Source: Patescibacteria group bacterium (GTDB lineage: Bacteria > Patescibacteriota > JACPGU01). From it: a DNA stretch of 64,000 nucleotides. This document shows, piece by piece, positions 59,215 to 64,000 of this stretch (within the stretch, counting starts at the first letter, position 1; every line of letters starts with the position of its first letter). The stretch is taken from the NCBI GenBank assembly GCA_022703645.1, contig JAKLDG010000001.1, forward strand, positions 75,756 through 139,755, given 5' to 3'. A program made the position numbers and the translations under genes. The notes beneath the pieces were generated by a model. It ran no database searches. It had not been told where the DNA came from and was given only the letters and a program-made list of their open reading frames with translations.

Positions 59215-60993
59215 TTACAATGCTTTGGACCAACTGGCGAACGCGTCCCATTCTTCCATCGTGAAGTCGAGCTTATCAATCGCTTCTTTCATACTGAATT
59301 CGAGATTTAGAAAGGTAGTCACGCGGATCTTTTTGAATTTCTTAGGATTCGACTTCCACGTGCCTTTTTTGAAACCGAGCTTTTGAGCGCATGCCTGTTG
59401 AATGATATTCAGCTCATCCCAATTTTTCTGAAAGAATTCGCGGATTCTCGCGCATTTTTCGAATTGGTCTTTCAGATTTTCGGGACTGTTTGCGGTATCG
59501 CATCTTTCAGCTCCTACTCTCAAGTCAGTGTAGTTCAGTGGTGCTGCAGTCGGAGGTTCTTCATCGGTATTTTGTCTAATCAACACTTGCTTTTTTATTT
59601 CAATAGCAGACAGCAGCATTTCGATATCTTTGCGAAAAGCGTCGGCTTCGTCAGAAGTATCTTCCGCGATCTGTAAAAGTATTTCGTAAGCATAATTTTT
59701 TACTGCTGTATTGTCGCCTTTGCTATCATGGATAAGACCCATAAGTTCGAGTCTGAATGATTGAATAATATCCTTATCCAGTTTCGAATTCGCGGTTTCA
59801 TCTGTCGGTATTTCGGCAGGGGCTTCTTCGCTGATTTTAGCTCCTTCATTCAAGATTGCAGTTCTTATATAACCACACCTTAAACGCAGAGCGATAGCCT
59901 CAAATGAAGAGTCATGTTTGATTCCTTCCAGAATCTCAGCGGTCACTTCGAGAATGGTAGCGGGATTATCGGGGTTATTCGTGACGACTATATTGAGTGC
60001 TTTATCAAGCTCCGCAATATTGATATTCAGTGTTGCTGTCTGCTGTTCAGATGCGGTTTCCGGTTGAACGTTTTTTTCTGCTACCGGTTCAAAATAGTCG
60101 ATGAGATGTTTGACGCCTTCAGACCCATTATCTTTAAAGGACTCTTCGATAAGTTTCCTTGCCTGTTCAGTATCTTGAAGAATCATACCGGATTGAAACC
60201 CAATACTTCCATCCTGATAGAATAAGTCCGAGTTACACTTTGCGCCGAGAATCTTTTCCATTGCATGATTGAAGAGCTCTTTGCTCATGTCCGCTATATC
60301 GTACTTTACCGGTGCGGGTTCTTCGATCACGCTACTCAGCGCGTCGAATGCGTCGAGTAGTTCTTTTACTTCCGGAGAATCGTCATTCTGGAAAACAACA
60401 TGGGCTGATTTAATAATTCCCAACAGTACATCTTTTTCGCAATCAGGACGAGGGTTTTTCAGCTCTTCCAGCAAGTTTCTCCATACAACTATCATTTGAG
60501 CTTTGATATCGCCGGAAAGGGCAACAGTCTGCGTGGACCGTGTTGGATCTTCTGAATTACAGATCATAAGTTCCGCGGCAAGGAAGAGCGGAGTGTCGCA
60601 ATCTATACAGAATATATCGTACGATGAGTTTACGCATCCGCAGATTTTACAGATTCCGACAAATTCCATGTTTTTTTCGTATTCTGCGACTTCAAAAAGC
60701 GCTTGGTTGCATTCTTCGCAGAAAACCGCGCCGATCTTGTTTGCCGAACCGCAGAATCTGCATATAACGGCTTCATTCGCTGCCTGTTCTTTGAGGCTTT
60801 CTATCATCGCGCTTATGTTTTCTCTCAGAGTCCAGCTATCTCTACTTACGGACGCGGCTTTTTCCTGAATTTCCTTTCCTTGTTTCAGGTTCATGTACAG
60901 CAGGACCAATCCGATAATTCCGATGAAGATGAGCGCAATGACGCCCCAGTAAATCGTTAACTGGTTTCCAAGTGCAAGAAGATCTGGCATCAT
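59215..60993 (-). CDS. membrane-anchored double zinc-ribbon hypothetical protein
   Basis: N-terminal transmembrane helix, then CRFCGS...CEEC and CKICGC...CIDC zinc ribbons, then a long helical region. Confidence 0.5.
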   Translation of the reverse strand: MMPDLLALGNQLTIYWGVIALIFIGIIGLVLLYMNLKQGKEIQEKAASVSRDSWTLRENISAMIESLKEQAANEAVICRFCGSANKIGAVFCEECNQALFEVAEYEKNMEFVGICKICGCVNSSYDIFCIDCDTPLFLAAELMICNSEDPTRSTQTVALSGDIKAQMIVVWRNLLEELKNPRPDCEKDVLLGIIKSAHVVFQNDDSPEVKELLDAFDALSSVIEEPAPVKYDIADMSKELFNHAMEKILGAKCNSDLFYQDGSIGFQSGMILQDTEQARKLIEESFKDNGSEGVKHLIDYFEPVAEKNVQPETASEQQTATLNINIAELDKALNIVVTNNPDNPATILEVTAEILEGIKHDSSFEAIALRLRCGYIRTAILNEGAKISEEAPAEIPTDETANSKLDKDIIQSFRLELMGLIHDSKGDNTAVKNYAYEILLQIAEDTSDEADAFRKDIEMLLSAIEIKKQVLIRQNTDEEPPTAAPLNYTDLRVGAERCDTANSPENLKDQFEKCARIREFFQKNWDELNIIQQACAQKLGFKKGTWKSNPKKFKKIRVTTFLNLEFSMKEAIDKLDFTMEEWDAFASWSKAL

Positions 60994-61572
60994 AATTCAT
61001 TACCTCGACTTTCGTAGGATTTTTCAGGCCTTGCCTGATTATGAAGAATACAATTATTTTATTTTCACCTTTTTTGCAAAAGGGTTGAACAATGCTAAGA
61101 ATTAAAGTACATTTAATGGGTTAATTATAGAGGTTTTTTACCATGTTGTCAATGATAATCGCATAACAAAGCGGTTTTTAATCTATGTATAGCGATGTAT
61201 CTCCGCAGTATTATGATATATTGCGAGGGGAAATAATGTTTTTTTCAAAGTTAAAAAATGAGCGGAAACTTTATATTGATGGCATTGAAGATGAATAAAA
61301 ATAAAAAAACCGCTTAGTGTAAGCGACGTTTTTATGTCCTTATGGTGATAATGGCTTGAATAAGCAATAATATCAAAAAACTAGACCAGATAGTCTAGTT
61401 TTTTAGTTCATGTTATACCGAAAAATACCAAACAAACAATCATGGGGAGTTCCAGCATGGGAAGGGTAGCTTGCTTTAATGGGGCGGGGAGTGCTTGCTT
61501 CGCTTTATGTCTTTTTTGCTATGATTCTTGTATATTAAGTTCTCCCGTGGCTGGAAAGATTTTGAGATGTTC

Positions 61573-62826
61573 TTATTTCGCCAATAACCACTTCCAAAGA
61601 GGCAGGAAGGTTATTTTCTTGCCGTTGACCTGTTTTTCTTCTTCTCGGCCGTCAAAGACCAATATAGTGCCTTTATTGAGGTTGTATTTGTTCAGTGCTT
61701 CTAGTAATCCATTTATTTCTCTTTCTTTAGTTTCACTATTAGAAACATTGTCAGTCACTTGGATTGCTTCAACTATTTTTCTGCCCTCTTTTAATACAAA
61801 ATCACACTCATATTTATCCTTATGATAGAAAATCTCTTTATTTCTGTTCTTTAGTTCTATAAAAACAAGGTTTTCCAGTAGTTTCCCTTTGTTTTCTGAA
61901 AAAGCGAATGAAACAGCATTGACCAACCCTGTATCTATGGCATAAATCTTTCTATCGTTGATTATTTGCTTTTTTAACGAATAATCATATTTTGGAACGG
62001 AAAAATTGATGTATGATTCTTCCAAATAATCAATATAGCTTTTGACGGTAGAAACGCTATTGAATTCCAATACTTTCTTCAAATTATTAAAGCTGATTAA
62101 GGAAGAGATATTTGATAGCAGGTAAAGAGAAAGCTCTTTAAATGCTTTGGTTTCTTTGATATTAAATCTAATCAAAAGGTCTTTTATAAGAATGTCTTGA
62201 TAGATTTGGCGAAGTTCCGCCTTGTTTTTGCTTTTTACTATTTCAGGAAAACCGCCATATTCAATATACTCCTTTAAATACCTATTCATCAAAGACGATT
62301 CTTCGGTAGTATAATATTTTTTGGTTTCAAAACTTTTATATTTTAATAATTCTTGAAAGCTAAAAGGATAAAGTTCTATTTTTAAGTGCCTGCCAGTTAG
62401 AGAAGTGGCCAATTCCGAGCTTAATAGTTTTGCATTGCTTCCTGTAACGAATATCTTATATCCGTTGTCAAACAATCTTCTGACAAACTTTTCCCATCCA
62501 TAGACATTTTGGATTTCATCAAAGAAGAAAACTTTTTGTTTTCCATAGGCTTCAAGAAATATCTCATACAGAGTGGCAAAACCCTTATTTTCAAAGCCAA
62601 TCAAGCGGTCATCTTCAAAGTTGAGATAATAATATCCTTTATAGTTCTGTGATATTTGCTTGAGCAAGGTGGACTTTCCGCTTCTTCTTACCCCGCTGAT
62701 AACCGATATTTTCTTGTTTTCAAGAAAGCTCTTTGGTACTTCTCGGGGAATATAATCAAACCTTTTTTCAAAGGTTTTTCTTTGGTCTAGCACCACTTGC
62801 TCAATTATCTTTTTATCCAATGCCAT
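61573..62826 (-). CDS. COG1373-type AAA+ ATPase (AAA_14 plus DUF4143 architecture)
   Basis: Walker A GVRRSGKST, Walker B FFFDEIQ and a C-terminal DUF4143-like region. Confidence 0.7.
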   Translation of the reverse strand: MALDKKIIEQVVLDQRKTFEKRFDYIPREVPKSFLENKKISVISGVRRSGKSTLLKQISQNYKGYYYLNFEDDRLIGFENKGFATLYEIFLEAYGKQKVFFFDEIQNVYGWEKFVRRLFDNGYKIFVTGSNAKLLSSELATSLTGRHLKIELYPFSFQELLKYKSFETKKYYTTEESSLMNRYLKEYIEYGGFPEIVKSKNKAELRQIYQDILIKDLLIRFNIKETKAFKELSLYLLSNISSLISFNNLKKVLEFNSVSTVKSYIDYLEESYINFSVPKYDYSLKKQIINDRKIYAIDTGLVNAVSFAFSENKGKLLENLVFIELKNRNKEIFYHKDKYECDFVLKEGRKIVEAIQVTDNVSNSETKEREINGLLEALNKYNLNKGTILVFDGREEEKQVNGKKITFLPLWKWLLAK

Positions 62827-62872
62827 TGTATATTATTGGTTAATAGTATCCAATGCCATTGTATATTATTTT
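62819..62872. repeat. 33-bp tandem duplication spanning the ATPase start codon (CCAATGCCATTGTATATTATT x2)
   Basis: The upstream copy encodes only MALDTINQ-stop. Confidence 0.7.
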
Positions 62873-63070
62873 AACGGCTTTGTCAATATCTACTAATTTT
62901 GCTTAATAAACGCATTTAAAAAACGGTGATTTCAAAAAATTTTCGCAAATTTTTTAAACAATGCTTGATAGTTGGCAAGTAAGTATTTATTATTTTGTTT
63001 GTTTTTATTATAGTACCTTTTCTAATTTCTTAAAATAATTTATACTAGAAAGTGAAATAAAAAATTAGTT

Positions 63071-63757
63071 ATGAACAACAAAAAAATTGAAAAATTTATC
63101 AAGGAGCTTGCCAAACATGAGAGAGAAAAAACTTCTTATCAATTTGATGACTCTAGAAATAGCATTTTAATTACATCTGGACTTCATCTAAATTGGATTG
63201 GCGACTTTTTTTCTAATCCTAAAATAAAATGGGAAGAAAAGGAAATAGCTGTTGAGAAAATAAAATTTACAGGAACTAACCCGAAGATGAATGATATTCT
63301 TTTGAACCAATGCCATCGTTCTCCTAAAGAATTTAGAAAGCTAATCAAGGATAATCCTAAAATCAAAAAAGAATTTGAAAAATATGCTTCCTTTGGCAAT
63401 GAACCAATCCTTGTTAGAAAAGATGAAGATAACAAGGGATATTATAAGGTATTAGATGGTATGCACAGATTTGTTGGAGCTTCATTAAGTAATAAGCCAA
63501 AAATAAAAGTCTGGCTACCAATCAATGAAGATGAGGAACTGCCATATTGTGAACCCCATGTAGTTTATGACCTAATGCGAGGATATATGAGGCATGCAAA
63601 AGATAAAGAAGGGCAAAAAGAATTATACTATGCTCTAAAGCTTCTAAATCGCACTTATGCTAATGTTAATGATTTACTCAAAGGAAGATTAGGTGAGAAA
63701 TGGGTTTTAGATAAAGATGTGCAGAATATAATTAGAAAGGTTCTCAAGGAAAAATAA
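63071..63757 (+). CDS. ParB/Srx-fold (DGQHR-like) nuclease-domain protein
   Basis: YKVLDGMHRFVGA resembles the ParB-like nuclease / DGQHR signature (DGxHR). Confidence 0.45.
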   Translation: MNNKKIEKFIKELAKHEREKTSYQFDDSRNSILITSGLHLNWIGDFFSNPKIKWEEKEIAVEKIKFTGTNPKMNDILLNQCHRSPKEFRKLIKDNPKIKKEFEKYASFGNEPILVRKDEDNKGYYKVLDGMHRFVGASLSNKPKIKVWLPINEDEELPYCEPHVVYDLMRGYMRHAKDKEGQKELYYALKLLNRTYANVNDLLKGRLGEKWVLDKDVQNIIRKVLKEK

Positions 63758-63874
63758 ATTTTGTTCTAAATAGCTAAATCATTGATAATAACAAGCCAGA
63801 TTTGACAAATTGGCTTATTTGTGCTATTATTCTAGTGTATTTAAAAAATGCACATTGAAAAGGAGATGATATTG

Positions 63875-64000
63875 ATGAAAACCAAGTCCATAACCATTGC
63901 GGGGCTCGTGATGATTCTTGCTGGCATTGGGGTAATGGTTTTTTCCCAATGCATGGTAAAAGTGGATGGCAGTACCGCTTTCTGGAATTACAAGTGGGCG
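63875..64000 (+). CDS. hypothetical membrane/secreted protein, N-terminal fragment; gene continues past the window end
   Basis: AAAGGAGA lies 9 nt upstream of the ATG. The product MKTKSITIAGLVMILAGIGVMVFS... has a hydrophobic N-terminus. Confidence 0.45.
   Translation, partial: MKTKSITIAGLVMILAGIGVMVFSQCMVKVDGSTAFWNYKWA

Noticed and set aside
58199-60993. xerC/D plus zinc-ribbon gene as an integrated mobile element
   Set aside because: The recombinase looks like the ordinary chromosomal XerC/D (SAM-like N-terminus, full catalytic tetrad). No att-like direct repeats or tRNA target were found.

Overview
This is a low-GC (about 35%), gene-dense bacterial chromosomal segment. Its overall look suggests a reduced-genome lineage such as the Candidate Phyla Radiation (Patescibacteria); that placement is inference only. 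There are many translation and housekeeping genes, secreted and membrane hypotheticals, zinc-ribbon membrane proteins, a COG1373-type ATPase, an Elp3 homolog and long charged tails on ribosomal proteins.

About 60 protein genes are supportable. They include a macAB-like efflux pair, thrS, miaB, miaA, comM, priA, def-fmt, rpsP with a KH protein, ruvA, the rpsF-ssb-rpsR cluster, efp, tlyA, groES-groEL, trpS, a phosphohexomutase, a two-component pair, tsaB and tsaE, pyrG, an Elp3-like radical-SAM/GNAT protein, murJ, lepA, ndk, lgt, dut and xerC/D. No tRNA, rRNA or CRISPR array was seen by eye.

The main findings are:
- An AT-rich MITE-like palindromic repeat family of about 120 bp built from TTTTCAA 7-mers. 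It sits at gene boundaries and is also inserted in-frame inside essential genes (miaB twice, miaA, the Elp3-like gene).
- Two further small repeat families: a GC-rich hairpin (GGGGCAGGTTTGAAACCTGCCCC) and an AAAGTTAAAAGTG unit with a UUCG-loop hairpin. Each has an in-frame genic copy.
- A recurrent leaderless promoter-to-start arrangement, TGnTAnnnT then 6-7 nt then ATG, at ten or more genes. Three of them share the exact box TGATAGAAT.
- An ORF-free, GC-elevated region of about 530 bp (13966..14494) with its own sigma70-like promoter, long-range helices and an intrinsic terminator. This is a candidate large structured ncRNA.
- Three tiny ORFs (11418..11806) with unusually strong Shine-Dalgarno sites, between a consensus promoter and a terminator.
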